Below, one piece after another: positions 28,034 through 37,141 of a DNA stretch of 64,000 bases. The stretch is from contig DATELA010000057.1 of the NCBI GenBank assembly GCA_035277145.1, positions 67 to 64,066 of the forward strand, written 5' to 3'. Numbering within the stretch: position 1 is the first letter of the stretch; every line of letters starts with the position of its first letter. Under the pieces are notes generated by a model that worked only from the letters and a program-made list of their open reading frames with translations, had not been told where the DNA came from and did no database searches. The position numbers and the translations under genes are program-made. This DNA comes from Gemmatimonadaceae bacterium. Lineage in GTDB: Bacteria; Gemmatimonadota; Gemmatimonadetes; Gemmatimonadales; Gemmatimonadaceae.

Positions 28034-28546
28034 ATGAAAGAGCCAGTGATCATTTTTGAGCCGCTTCACGACGGCGTCGCGCCACCGCAACGCGCGACTG
28101 CGGCGTCAGCCGGCTACGATTTGCGCGCGTTCTTCTCGCACGACTCCGTCGACGTGTGGTCCGGCGACCGTAGCGCGCCGCGCGCGCTCGAAGGCGCATC
28201 GCCCGCGCGAACGCTCGTACTTGCGCCGAGCGATCGCGCTGTCATTCCACTTGGCTTTCGCGCTACCGTTCCCAGAGGTATCGAAGCACAAGTGCGCGCG
28301 CGGTCGGGCACCGCGCTCAAGCTCGGTCTCATTCTGCCCAACGGCCCGGGCACCATCGATCCCGACTACATCGGCGAGTGGGGCGTCCTCGTGCTGAATG
28401 CGTCAACCGCTCCGATTCGTATCACGCACGGCGATCGCATCGCACAGTTGATTCTCGCGCGATTCGAAGTGCTCGCGTTTGAACCCGGCGTCGTTGTACA
28501 GACAACCGAACGCTCCGGAGGATTTGGTTCGACCGGAACTCGCTGA
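28034..28546 (+). CDS. dut: dUTP diphosphatase
   Basis: Motifs AGYDLRA, GTIDPDYIGEWGV and C-terminal RSGGFGSTG. Confidence 0.9.
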   Translation: MKEPVIIFEPLHDGVAPPQRATAASAGYDLRAFFSHDSVDVWSGDRSAPRALEGASPARTLVLAPSDRAVIPLGFRATVPRGIEAQVRARSGTALKLGLILPNGPGTIDPDYIGEWGVLVLNASTAPIRITHGDRIAQLILARFEVLAFEPGVVVQTTERSGGFGSTGTR

Positions 28547-28577
28547 GCCGTAACTTTTCGGCGGCGCGCAGGTACCA

Positions 28578-29444
28578 GTGGTGCTCGACAGTTTTCTCGA
28601 CGCACTGGACACGACGATGGCCCAAGCGCTGCGCGGAATAATCCTCAGCGATGTCGACGGCACATTCATCGATGACGCGTACCAACCCGCGATGGACCGC
28701 GTGCAGTTCGCGTCGGTACTCGCGCGGTGGCGCGTTATTTGGGTTTCGAGTCGCACGGCCGACGAGCTTCTGCACTTGCAAGCAGCACTCGGTCACGCCG
28801 ACGACGCCATCGCGGAGAACGGCGGCGTTATCGTCAGTCGCGACACGACGCTCGCGAAGCAGCTCGGTGCGCCGACACCCGTCGACGGGGCATGGATGGT
28901 GCGCGTCGCCGCTCCGCGCGACGAAACCACGGCGCTCGTGCGCCGCGTGTTCGCCGACGAGGGCGTTGCGGTACGCACGTTCGACGACATCGATGCGGAG
29001 CAGCTCGCGCACTTGAGTCGCTATTCGCGCGATGACGCCACTCGCGCGCTGAAACGCGAAGCCAGTGCGGTGCTCATCAACGTCGCATCCACGGAGCCGG
29101 GCGTTGTGCGCGCACTCGCGCATCTTCGCGACGTCGGGTGCGACGTAACCAACGGTGGGCGTTGGGTTAGCGTCGTTCGCGGTTCCAACAAGGGTGAAGC
29201 CGCGCGCGCATGGTTAGCTGCTGCGCGAACGCATACGAACGGGAACGCACCGCGAATCGTCGCGATTGGCGACGCAGAAAACGATGCGGCGTTGCTTGCG
29301 GTCGCTGATCACCGATTCGTAATTGCTCACATCGATCGCGGCCATCACCCGGCGCTCGCGTCGTATCCCGGTGCGCGAACGCTGCGCCAACCCGGCATCG
29401 CCGGGTGGCGCGAAATGCTCGATCACCTCGCAGACCTCGACTGA
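28578..29444 (+). CDS. HAD-IIB phosphatase (mannosyl/glucosyl-3-phosphoglycerate phosphatase-like)
   Basis: HAD motifs I DVDGT, II VSSRT, III NKG and IV GDAENDAALL. Size and cap region resemble YedP/MPGP-type enzymes. Confidence 0.7.
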   Translation: MVLDSFLDALDTTMAQALRGIILSDVDGTFIDDAYQPAMDRVQFASVLARWRVIWVSSRTADELLHLQAALGHADDAIAENGGVIVSRDTTLAKQLGAPTPVDGAWMVRVAAPRDETTALVRRVFADEGVAVRTFDDIDAEQLAHLSRYSRDDATRALKREASAVLINVASTEPGVVRALAHLRDVGCDVTNGGRWVSVVRGSNKGEAARAWLAAARTHTNGNAPRIVAIGDAENDAALLAVADHRFVIAHIDRGHHPALASYPGARTLRQPGIAGWREMLDHLADLD

Positions 29445-29450
29445 CGCGCG

Positions 29451-30566
29451 ATGACGCTCCCACAGTTGCTCACCGTGAGCATACTCACGATCCCGGAACG
29501 CGAGGAATACTTGCGGCGGTTGCTCACGTCGGTGCGCGCGCTGAGCACCAATCCACCGCGCGTCGACGTCGTGTACAACCGTGCGCTCGACGGCGCGCTG
29601 AGCGACGCCGTCGCGCGCATTCGCGCGCACGCGCCCGACCTCGAAGTCGAGGTCTACTTCAACGCCGGTGACACCAGCATCGTCGCGGGACGCAATTTCC
29701 AACTGTCGGTCTGTCGCACACCGCTGATTGCTTTCGTCGACGACGATCTCACACTCCATGGCGATATCGTTCCGGCGATTCTGGAAACGCTCGCCGCGCA
29801 TCCGTTGGGGCTCGTCGGTTTTCGTTCGCTCGACGGCAACAGTGACCGCACCGTCAAACCACGCGAGACCACGCCGAGTATCACGTGGAACGGACTGCGG
29901 TATGCGCCGGTGCAGGGCATGTTGTGCGCGGGATACCGCGCACTGCTGGCCGACATTGGTGGATTCAATCCGCGACGGCGGTTTTGGGGTGAGTGGACCG
30001 AGCTGAATCTTCGGTTGTGGCGTTCGGGGTATCCGACCGCGTATCAGTTGCAGCGCGGCTTCATGCGTCACTGGCACGACGCGCCGAGTTCGCCCACGCG
30101 AAACCTCACCGGCCGCGAGCAACACGTCGTCTGGGGTTTGATTTGTACGGCGCTCGAATACGACGCCGTCGACGTGAACGAGGCGACGGAGGTTTTCTGG
30201 CGGCTCGTTGAGGAGCGATATCTCGCGTACAGCTACGGCGACGAGCTTTCGCCGCGCAATGTGCTGAAGACCGTGCTTGAACTCGTGCCGCAAATTTCCG
30301 CGGAGTGGGGAAGCATCCAGGCGTTTCGCGCACTCACTGCAAAACACCCGTTCCCGTTTGCGCCGTTCCATCGGTTCACGCTCGACGAAGTAAAACAGGT
30401 CCAGGCACACGCAAGCGTGACTATCTCGGAGTATCGCCGGTTCGTTGCGAAGGACGCCCACCATCTGCGCGTCTCAGCACCGCGGCCGGCCGTCACGGCG
30501 CCGACGCTTCAGGGTGCGTTCAAGCGACTCGTCGGCTCGCTGCGCCGGCTTCGTCACGAGCTGTAG
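29451..30566 (+). CDS. GT-A fold glycosyltransferase, family unassigned
   Basis: N-terminal LTVSILTIPEREEYL (GT2-like beta1) and an FVDDDL acidic motif. 371 aa, 6 nt after the HAD gene. The antisense 416-aa ORF is rejected. Confidence 0.6.
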   Translation: MTLPQLLTVSILTIPEREEYLRRLLTSVRALSTNPPRVDVVYNRALDGALSDAVARIRAHAPDLEVEVYFNAGDTSIVAGRNFQLSVCRTPLIAFVDDDLTLHGDIVPAILETLAAHPLGLVGFRSLDGNSDRTVKPRETTPSITWNGLRYAPVQGMLCAGYRALLADIGGFNPRRRFWGEWTELNLRLWRSGYPTAYQLQRGFMRHWHDAPSSPTRNLTGREQHVVWGLICTALEYDAVDVNEATEVFWRLVEERYLAYSYGDELSPRNVLKTVLELVPQISAEWGSIQAFRALTAKHPFPFAPFHRFTLDEVKQVQAHASVTISEYRRFVAKDAHHLRVSAPRPAVTAPTLQGAFKRLVGSLRRLRHEL

Positions 30567-30593
30567 CGCGCCACACACTACAATTCGGGGAGC

Positions 30594-31349
30594 GTGCCAA
30601 CACTACTCCCCGTCGCTCTGCTCTCTGTGCTCGCCGGTGCCGCGAATTCCATCGCGGGCGGCGGCACACTTCTGACATTCCCGGCGCTCATCGGGCTCGG
30701 TATTCCACCGACCGTCGCGAACGCAACCAGCACGGTCGCGCTGGTACCGGGTTCGTTCACGTCGATGATGGGATATCGCGACGCGTTGCGTGGCGCGCGA
30801 TCGTGGGTCATTGCGTTCGCGGTGCCCAGTCTCGTCGGCGGCGTCGTGGGCGCGTGGCTGTTGGTGATCACACCCGACAAACAGTTCAGTGCGCTCGTGC
30901 CATACCTCGTGCTCGCCGCGACACTGGTGTTTCTCACGCAGCGACCCATTCTTGCAGCCGTGTCGCGTTGGCGCGGTGCCGCACCGCACGCGCCGACGCC
31001 AAGCACTGCGTTCGTGATCGCGCAGTTCGTGATCGCCATTTATGGCGGTTACTTCGGCGCAGCTGCGGGAATCGTGATGCTGGGTGCGCTCGGCTTGATG
31101 GGCCTGAGCGACATCCATCAAATGAATGGCTTGAAGAACTGGGCCGCGGTGTGCTTCAATGGTGTTGCGGCCGGCATGTTCATTGGATCAGGACTCGTGA
31201 ACTGGCCCGTCGCGCTTGTGATGGCGGTTGGTGCCGCAATTGGCGGCTGGTCGGCATCGCGAATTGCGCAGCGCGTGGCACGCGAGCATGTGCGCGCGAC
31301 TGTCGGTGTAGTCGGACTTGTTGCGTCCGCGTGGCTGTTTTTGCGCTAA
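30594..31349 (+). CDS. TauE/SafE-family anion exporter
   Basis: 251 aa, about 8 TM segments, and a repeated GGGTLLTFPAL / GYFGAAAGIVMLG pattern typical of sulfite-exporter TauE/SafE proteins. Confidence 0.8.
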   Translation: MPTLLPVALLSVLAGAANSIAGGGTLLTFPALIGLGIPPTVANATSTVALVPGSFTSMMGYRDALRGARSWVIAFAVPSLVGGVVGAWLLVITPDKQFSALVPYLVLAATLVFLTQRPILAAVSRWRGAAPHAPTPSTAFVIAQFVIAIYGGYFGAAAGIVMLGALGLMGLSDIHQMNGLKNWAAVCFNGVAAGMFIGSGLVNWPVALVMAVGAAIGGWSASRIAQRVAREHVRATVGVVGLVASAWLFLR

Positions 31350-31532
31350 CACCAGCGCGGTGCGTGAAATCGATGACGCGCGCAACAAAATGGTGCCGCA
31401 TTTCGCGGGCTTTCTCGTATTGTGGACGCGCCACATACAACGTGAGCGCGCGCGGACCCGGCATAGTTAGTGCGGGTACGTCAATGCGATCCGCGACGTC
31501 GCGCGGTCGCACCGCGTGCGCCAGGAGAAACC

Positions 31533-31829
31533 ATGAAATCGCTCGTCCCCCGATCCGAATCCGTTCGCGCAGCGGTAACTGCCGAAGCCCCGCACATACA
31601 GCGGAGCTCTTCGCTCACGCCGGTTGCAACCGGACTCAATACGATTCTCGCCGTTCGCGAGCACGCGCCCGCGGAAATCGAAGAACTCGAGACTGAAATC
31701 CGTCACTGGCACCAAAAGCTTGGCGCGGCATACGCGCGCAAGCGGCTACTCGAGCAATTGCTTGTGGTAATCCACGAAGCAGATGCCGAGCGCGCAGCTC
31801 AGCCGGTGGGCATGGCGGTCGTGCGATAA
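31533..31829 (+). CDS. hypothetical small protein (98 aa), predicted coiled coil
   Basis: ATG at 31533 preceded by AGGAGA (31523-31528). Moderate third-position GC. No family recognised. Confidence 0.45.
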   Translation: MKSLVPRSESVRAAVTAEAPHIQRSSSLTPVATGLNTILAVREHAPAEIEELETEIRHWHQKLGAAYARKRLLEQLLVVIHEADAERAAQPVGMAVVR

Positions 31830-31842
31830 CGCACGACCGCGC

Positions 31843-32616
31843 TCACCACATCCAGCCCAGGCGAGTCTTGTAGACCAGCCGGTTGCCGACGTCGTTGACA
31901 TTGAAACCAACGCCGAAATTCAACACGATGTTGTCACGAATCTGCCAGTCGCCGCCGGGAAAGAATTGATGCACTTGCTGGTCTGACGGCAGCGGATCGC
32001 TCAATTCTCCGGTCGCTCCATAGTACTCGAGCGACAACGCGAACTTCGGTGTGAAGTCGTAGCCGATACGCAAACCTGGTTCAAAGTCGAGGCCTTCGTT
32101 TTCACCCGGCCCCTTCAGCGCTTTGCCGACCACGGGATTGAAATCGATCAACAGCTTCCCAAATCCCTTTTCGATGATCGGGCGAATCTCGAGCGTTGTT
32201 TCATTCTCTTCGAATCGCTCCTTTGGAAAACCGACTTCGACGCTGAGGCTCACATCGACGGGCCAGTTCCAGGATTGCGGCACGCGCACACGCGGACGCA
32301 CGCGCCAGCCCACGTATTCCGGCGACTCACCGTCGACGCGCGCGGTGACGAGATAGCCGGCGAGTTCAAAGTGATCCGTGATGCCGCGCGTCAATTCGAA
32401 TGTGAGATGCGTTTGCTTCTCACTCGCGAGCACAGGCCCCGACGCTACCGTCGTTCCTTTGGCTGTGTAATTGAAATGCGTTTCGAGATTCCACTTTCCG
32501 CGCGGAACGGTGATGTACTCGTAAACCTGAATCTCGAACGGATCCTGCGCGCGCGCGGGAGTCGCACAGACCACCGCGGCGGCAAGCACGAGCGTGAGTC
32601 GTTTCATTCGACGCAT
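31843..32616 (-). CDS. outer-membrane beta-barrel protein (MetA-pathway/transporter-like)
   Basis: The start at ATG 32616 gives the signal MRRMKRLTLVLAAAVVCATPARAQ, followed by DPFEIQVYEY and alternating beta strands, ending RLGWMW. The listed longer ORF would run through tRNA-Cys. Confidence 0.6.
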   Translation of the reverse strand: MRRMKRLTLVLAAAVVCATPARAQDPFEIQVYEYITVPRGKWNLETHFNYTAKGTTVASGPVLASEKQTHLTFELTRGITDHFELAGYLVTARVDGESPEYVGWRVRPRVRVPQSWNWPVDVSLSVEVGFPKERFEENETTLEIRPIIEKGFGKLLIDFNPVVGKALKGPGENEGLDFEPGLRIGYDFTPKFALSLEYYGATGELSDPLPSDQQVHQFFPGGDWQIRDNIVLNFGVGFNVNDVGNRLVYKTRLGWMW

Positions 32617-32635
32617 GGTTGGAGTGCAAGAGAAT

Positions 32636-32659
32636 GCGGGCACGCAAATGCACGCCCGC
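32636..32659 (-). terminator. 10-bp stem hairpin downstream of tRNA-Cys
   Basis: The minus-strand RNA GCGGGCGUGC-AUUU-GCGUGCCCGC forms 8 Watson-Crick and 2 G-U pairs, followed by AUUCUCUU. It lies 19 nt upstream of the OMP start codon. Confidence 0.35.
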
Positions 32660-32660
32660 T

Positions 32661-32692
32661 TCTCGTCTTCTCGTCTTCTCGTCTTCTGTCGT
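32661..32692. repeat. tandem octamer TCTCGTCT x3 plus a degenerate fourth copy
   Basis: Read directly between the tRNA-Cys 3' end and the hairpin. Confidence 0.85.
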
Positions 32693-32697
32693 ACCAG

Positions 32698-32768
32698 AGG
32701 CGCCGGCCGGAATCGAACCGGCGATGGGAGTTTTGCAGACTCCTGCCTTACCACTTGGCGACGGCGCC
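32698..32768 (-). tRNA. tRNA-Cys (anticodon GCA)
   Basis: Folded by hand. Acceptor GGCGCCG/CGGCGCC, anticodon stem GGAGT/ACTCC with loop CTGCAAA, T-arm GCCGG-TTCGATT-CCGGC, and discriminator U73 (the Cys identity element). 71 nt; CCA is not encoded. Confidence 0.9.
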
Positions 32769-32817
32769 GTCGAGCGAAAAGTCGCACGCCCCAGTAGCGG
32801 CGTGCAAGCGCTTCGCA

Positions 32818-34641
32818 CTACTTCGCGACTTCTGCGGCTTCGAGCACGGGCAATTCTTCGCCCGGATTGATGAACTGATCCAGCGCGGCGCGGTATTGGC
32901 GCTCGTACAACTCGCGGTACCGGCCGCTCTGCGCGAGCAGCGCCGCATGCGTTCCGCGTTCCACCACGCGGCCGTCTTCGATCACGAGGATCTGATCCGC
33001 GCTCGTGATTGTCGAGAGGCGGTGCGCAATCACGAACGTCGTGCGTCCCGCGCGCAGAGCGGCGAGTCCCGCTTTGATCTGCTCCTCACTCTCGCTGTCG
33101 AGCGATGACGTCGCCTCGTCGAGAATCAGGATCTGCGGATTCGCGAGCACGGCACGCGCAATCGCGACGCGCTGTCGTTGTCCACCGGACAATTTCACGC
33201 CGCGCTCGCCAACGATTGTTTCGTAGCCCTCGGGAAAACCGGACACGAAATCGTCACACCTCGCGACGCGCGCCGCGGCAAGAATCTCGTCGCGCGTGGC
33301 CGTGGGCCGCGAGAAACTGATGTTCTCCGCGACCGTCCCATCAAACAGGAAATTGTCTTGCAGCACGACGCCAAGCGTCGACCGGTAATCGCGCAGACGC
33401 ATCGTGTCCAAATCGCGACCGTCGATCAGCACGCGACCGCGCTGCGGGCGATTGAACGCCATCACCAGTGAAATGAGCGTGCTCTTTCCCGATCCGCTCG
33501 ATCCCACCAGCGCGGTTGTGGTGCCCGCGGGCGCCACGAACGAAACGCCCTTGAGCACTGGCTGATTCTCGCGATACTCGAACCACACGTCCTCGAACGT
33601 GACCGCGCCATTGACGCCGGTGAGTGGCGGCTTGCTCGCGTCTGCCGCGTCTTCCGTCGGGGTGTCGAGGATTTCGCGAATGCGGTCCAGTCCCGCGAAC
33701 GCTTCCGTCAGCTGCGTGCCGATCGACGCCATCTGCACGAGCGGGAACGACACGAGCCCCACAAAAAACACATACAGCACGAAGTCGCCGAGCGTCATCT
33801 GGCCGGCGAGAATCGCGTTGCCGCCAACGACCATCATGAGAATGCCGATGCCGCCGACGATCACCGTCGTGACCGCGTGAATCGCCGACACACCCGTAAT
33901 GCTCGAAGCGATGTTGCGGAACAACCGGTGCACGCCCCGCGCAAACACGAGTTCTTCACGCTTCTCCGCCGTATACGCTTTCACAACGCGCGCTCCGCCA
34001 AGCGCTTGTCCCAGCCGTCCGGAAATCTCCGCTGTGATTTCGCTGCGCTTCCGGAAAATCGGACGGAGCTTCGTGAACGCGATCGCCATCATTGAACCGA
34101 ACACGGCGAGAAACAAAATGACGAGCGTCGTGAGCTGCCAATTGAGATAGAACAGCACGCCGATGCCGATCGACGCGGACACAAGCCCGCCGAGCATTTG
34201 CACGATGCCCGTGCCGATCAGATTGCGAATGCCTTCCGCATCGCTCATCACGCGCGAGATCAACACACCGCTTTGTGTCGAATCGAAAAACGACACCGGC
34301 AGACGCAGCACTTTCGCCTGCACCGTGCGGCGCATGATGGTGATCGCGCGCTGTCCCGCGAGCGAAACAACTTGCGAAATCGCGAACGTGGTTCCCGCTT
34401 GCACCAACGTCGCCGCACCCGCAGCAAGCGCGATCGGTGTGAGCAAATCGGTGCGCGATTTTGCGATCACATCGTCGATCAAATATTTCGAGCTTGCCGG
34501 AAGCACGAAGCCCGCGAGCCGGTTGACCAGCGTCAGCGTGAGTCCAATAACCAGCGTGTACCGGTACTCCCACATGAGCGCGCGCGTTTCGCGCCAAACG
34601 ACGGGCCAGGACAACGGTTTTTTCGGCGGGCGCGGCGGCAT
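32818..34641 (-). CDS. ABC exporter, fused permease/ATPase (MsbA-like)
   Basis: 607 aa. Six N-terminal TM helices, Walker A GSSGSGKST, signature LSGGQRQRVAIAR and Walker B ILILDEATSSLD. Confidence 0.9.
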   Translation of the reverse strand: MPPRPPKKPLSWPVVWRETRALMWEYRYTLVIGLTLTLVNRLAGFVLPASSKYLIDDVIAKSRTDLLTPIALAAGAATLVQAGTTFAISQVVSLAGQRAITIMRRTVQAKVLRLPVSFFDSTQSGVLISRVMSDAEGIRNLIGTGIVQMLGGLVSASIGIGVLFYLNWQLTTLVILFLAVFGSMMAIAFTKLRPIFRKRSEITAEISGRLGQALGGARVVKAYTAEKREELVFARGVHRLFRNIASSITGVSAIHAVTTVIVGGIGILMMVVGGNAILAGQMTLGDFVLYVFFVGLVSFPLVQMASIGTQLTEAFAGLDRIREILDTPTEDAADASKPPLTGVNGAVTFEDVWFEYRENQPVLKGVSFVAPAGTTTALVGSSGSGKSTLISLVMAFNRPQRGRVLIDGRDLDTMRLRDYRSTLGVVLQDNFLFDGTVAENISFSRPTATRDEILAAARVARCDDFVSGFPEGYETIVGERGVKLSGGQRQRVAIARAVLANPQILILDEATSSLDSESEEQIKAGLAALRAGRTTFVIAHRLSTITSADQILVIEDGRVVERGTHAALLAQSGRYRELYERQYRAALDQFINPGEELPVLEAAEVAK

Positions 34642-34859
34642 GCTGACGAGATAGTGGGGCCGTGCAAGCTAGTGGTGGGCGGGCGCCGCGCGGACGTCGG
34701 CAGCACTCGGCTGGCAGTGTAATGCCGGTCTATCTTCGGGTCAAATAGCGTTTTCCACAGGCTGCGCGCTGAATTGTGCAGAAACTGCGCGTGACGCATG
34801 ACACTTCATCTCAATGAGGTTGCGAATCCGCCCATAACAGCGATAGGTTTGCGCCTTCC

Positions 34860-34893
34860 GACCGCCGGCGAATGCAGCCACTCGCCGGCGGTC
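34860..34893 (+). promoter_or_regulatory. perfect 12-bp GC-rich hairpin in the glnN leader
   Basis: GACCGCCGGCGA-atgcagccac-TCGCCGGCGGTC, followed by a polypyrimidine tract with two CCTCC copies running up to the glnN ATG. Confidence 0.5.
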
Positions 34894-34932
34894 AGTCATT
34901 TCCTCCCTCCTCCTTCTCCACCCTTCTTGTCC

Positions 34933-37131
34933 ATGTCCCTGCGTACTGAGGCGCTCCGCGACATCGCATCGCGGATCACTGCGCGAAATGGCGCCGGCGA
35001 AGCGCGTCCGACCTCTGACTACTTCGGCGTCAACACGTTCAGCACGCGGGAAATGCGCGAGCGTCTCCCGTCAGAAGTTTTTGAAAAACTCATCAGCGCC
35101 GTGCGCCTCGGACAAAAACTCGATACCGAGATTGCACCGGTCGTCGCACAAGCGATCAAAGAGTGGGCGATCAGCAAAGGCGCGACGCACTTCTGTCACT
35201 GGTTCCAGCCGATGACAGGATTGACCGCCGAGAAACACGACGCGTTCCTCACGTTCGATGAGCACATGTCGCCGCTTGAAGGGTTCTCAGGCGAACAGCT
35301 CATTCAGTCGGAGCCCGACGCGTCGTCATTCCCGTCGGGCGGTTTGCGCGCAACGTGGGAAGCGCGCGGGTACACCGCGTGGAATCCAGCGTCGCCGGTG
35401 TTCGTGTTCGAAGGTGGCGGCACGTGCACACTGTGCATCCCATCGGTGTTCATCGGCTATCACGGCGAAGCGCTCGACGAAATGGCGCCGCTCCTCCGCT
35501 CGAGTGAAGTGTTGTCACAGCGTGCGATGACGCTGCTCGAACTCATGGGCGACAAAGGCGTACGTCGTGTGATCACGACGCTCGGACCAGAGCAGGAATT
35601 CTTCATCATCGATCGCACGCACTTTGCGATGCGTCCCGACCTCGTGATGGGCGGCCGTTCGCTGATGGGAGCGCCACCGCCGCGCGGTCAACAACTCGAG
35701 GACCACTACTTCGTCGGCATCCCGGAGCGCGTCATGGCGTGCTTCGCGGAAGTCGAGCGTGAGTTGTACAAACTCGGCGTTCCGATTGTCACGCGACACA
35801 ACGAAGTCGCGCCCGCGCAGTACGAAATGGCACCGCGCTTCGAAGAGACCGACCTCGGCGTCGATCACAACCACCTGGTGATGACCGTGCTGAAGCGCGT
35901 CGCGCTCCGTCACGGATTGCAGGCGTTGATGCACGAAAAGCCGTTCGCGGGAATCAACGGATCGGGCAAGCACTGCAACTGGTCGATGTCGCTCATCGCC
36001 GACAACGATCTCGACGGCGTGAACTTGCTCAAGCCGGGCAAAACACCGCATCAGAATCTGCGTTTCCTGATGTTTCTCGCGGCCGCGCTCAAGGGTGTGC
36101 ACAAGCACGCCGGTGTATTGCGCGCAGGTATTGCGTCATCCGGCAACGAACACCGGCTCGGCGCAAACGAAGCACCACCCGCAATCATTTCGGTCTTCAT
36201 GGGCGATATGCTCACGAAGGTCATCGACGATATCTCGGCCGGAAAAACCGGCGGCCAGGGCGCGCAGCAAGCGATGATCAAACTCGGCGTCGCGAAACTC
36301 CCCGAGATTGCAAAAGACAACACCGACCGTAATCGCACGTCGCCGTTCGCGTTCACGGGCGCGAAGTTCGAATTCCGCGCCGTCGGTGGATCCGCGTCAA
36401 TCGCGTTCCCGGTGATGATTCTCAACGCAGCGGTCGCCGAAGCGGTGGGCGAATTGACCGCTGCGCTCAAGGCCGAGCTCAAGAAGACCAAGAACGTCGA
36501 CGACGCCGTGCTCAAAGTGGTGCGCGCCGCGTTCCGCGAAACCACGACGGTGCGGTTCGAAGGGAACAACTATTCCGACGAGTGGGTGCGCGAAGCGAAG
36601 AAGCGCGGGCTGCTGAACCTGCGACGCACCCCGGAGTCGTTGAAGCAACTGACGACGAAGGCCGCGCGTGATCTCTTCACCAAGCTCGGCATTCTGTCGA
36701 AGGAAGAACTCGAGGCGCGGTACAACATTCGCATCGAGCGCTACATCAAGGACATGCTCATCGAGTTGCACACAATTCGTGAAATGGCGCAGACGCTCGT
36801 GTTGCCCGCCGCTTTCGGTTACCTCGGCGAGCTCGCGAGTGCCGCGGAGAACGCGAAGGATGCGGGTATCAAACCCGTTCCGCAGATCGCCACCGCGAAT
36901 CAGGTCGGCGCGATCGCCGTTGATTTGCAAAAGAGCCTGGCGGTGCTCGACAAGGTGATCGAGAAAGCGGAATCAATGCATCACGATGCCGACAAGGCGG
37001 CGGCGTTCCTCACTGCGGATGGCGCCGACGCAATGGCGGCAGTGCGCGGAAGCTGCGACGCACTTGAGGTGCACATTGACGACGCGCGTTGGCCGTTGCC
37101 GCGCTACCGCGAAATGCTCTTCCCGGTCTGA
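34933..37131 (+). CDS. glnN: glutamine synthetase type III
   Basis: The start at ATG 34933 (MSLRTEALRDIA) gives 732 aa. KEWAISKGATHFCHWFQPMTGLTAEKHDAF and NGSGKHCNWS blocks are characteristic of GSIII. Confidence 0.9.
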   Translation: MSLRTEALRDIASRITARNGAGEARPTSDYFGVNTFSTREMRERLPSEVFEKLISAVRLGQKLDTEIAPVVAQAIKEWAISKGATHFCHWFQPMTGLTAEKHDAFLTFDEHMSPLEGFSGEQLIQSEPDASSFPSGGLRATWEARGYTAWNPASPVFVFEGGGTCTLCIPSVFIGYHGEALDEMAPLLRSSEVLSQRAMTLLELMGDKGVRRVITTLGPEQEFFIIDRTHFAMRPDLVMGGRSLMGAPPPRGQQLEDHYFVGIPERVMACFAEVERELYKLGVPIVTRHNEVAPAQYEMAPRFEETDLGVDHNHLVMTVLKRVALRHGLQALMHEKPFAGINGSGKHCNWSMSLIADNDLDGVNLLKPGKTPHQNLRFLMFLAAALKGVHKHAGVLRAGIASSGNEHRLGANEAPPAIISVFMGDMLTKVIDDISAGKTGGQGAQQAMIKLGVAKLPEIAKDNTDRNRTSPFAFTGAKFEFRAVGGSASIAFPVMILNAAVAEAVGELTAALKAELKKTKNVDDAVLKVVRAAFRETTTVRFEGNNYSDEWVREAKKRGLLNLRRTPESLKQLTTKAARDLFTKLGILSKEELEARYNIRIERYIKDMLIELHTIREMAQTLVLPAAFGYLGELASAAENAKDAGIKPVPQIATANQVGAIAVDLQKSLAVLDKVIEKAESMHHDADKAAAFLTADGADAMAAVRGSCDALEVHIDDARWPLPRYREMLFPV

Positions 37132-37141
37132 GCAGCGCGGA

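Noticed and set aside
26862-28546. dcd-dut pair as an anti-phage nucleotide-depletion defence system
   Set aside because: The deaminase matches the long housekeeping Dcd pattern and has no extra kinase-like or sensor domain. Pairing with dut is the normal dUMP-supply route, and no other defence genes or mobile-element markers are nearby.
29214-30464. 416-aa minus-strand ORF antisense to the HAD phosphatase and glycosyltransferase genes
   Set aside because: It has no recognisable motifs and an Arg/Ala-rich composition typical of a high-GC shadow frame. The plus-strand frames carry all four HAD motifs and a GT-A DDD motif.
32617-32787. Upstream extension of the OMP ORF (listed start 32787)
   Set aside because: It would be translated straight through the tRNA-Cys gene and the octamer repeat. 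The ATG at 32616 gives a proper signal peptide.
34712-34725. TGGCAGTGTAATGC as a sigma-54 promoter for glnN
   Set aside because: The GG and GC dinucleotides are one nucleotide too close relative to the strict -24/-12 spacing.
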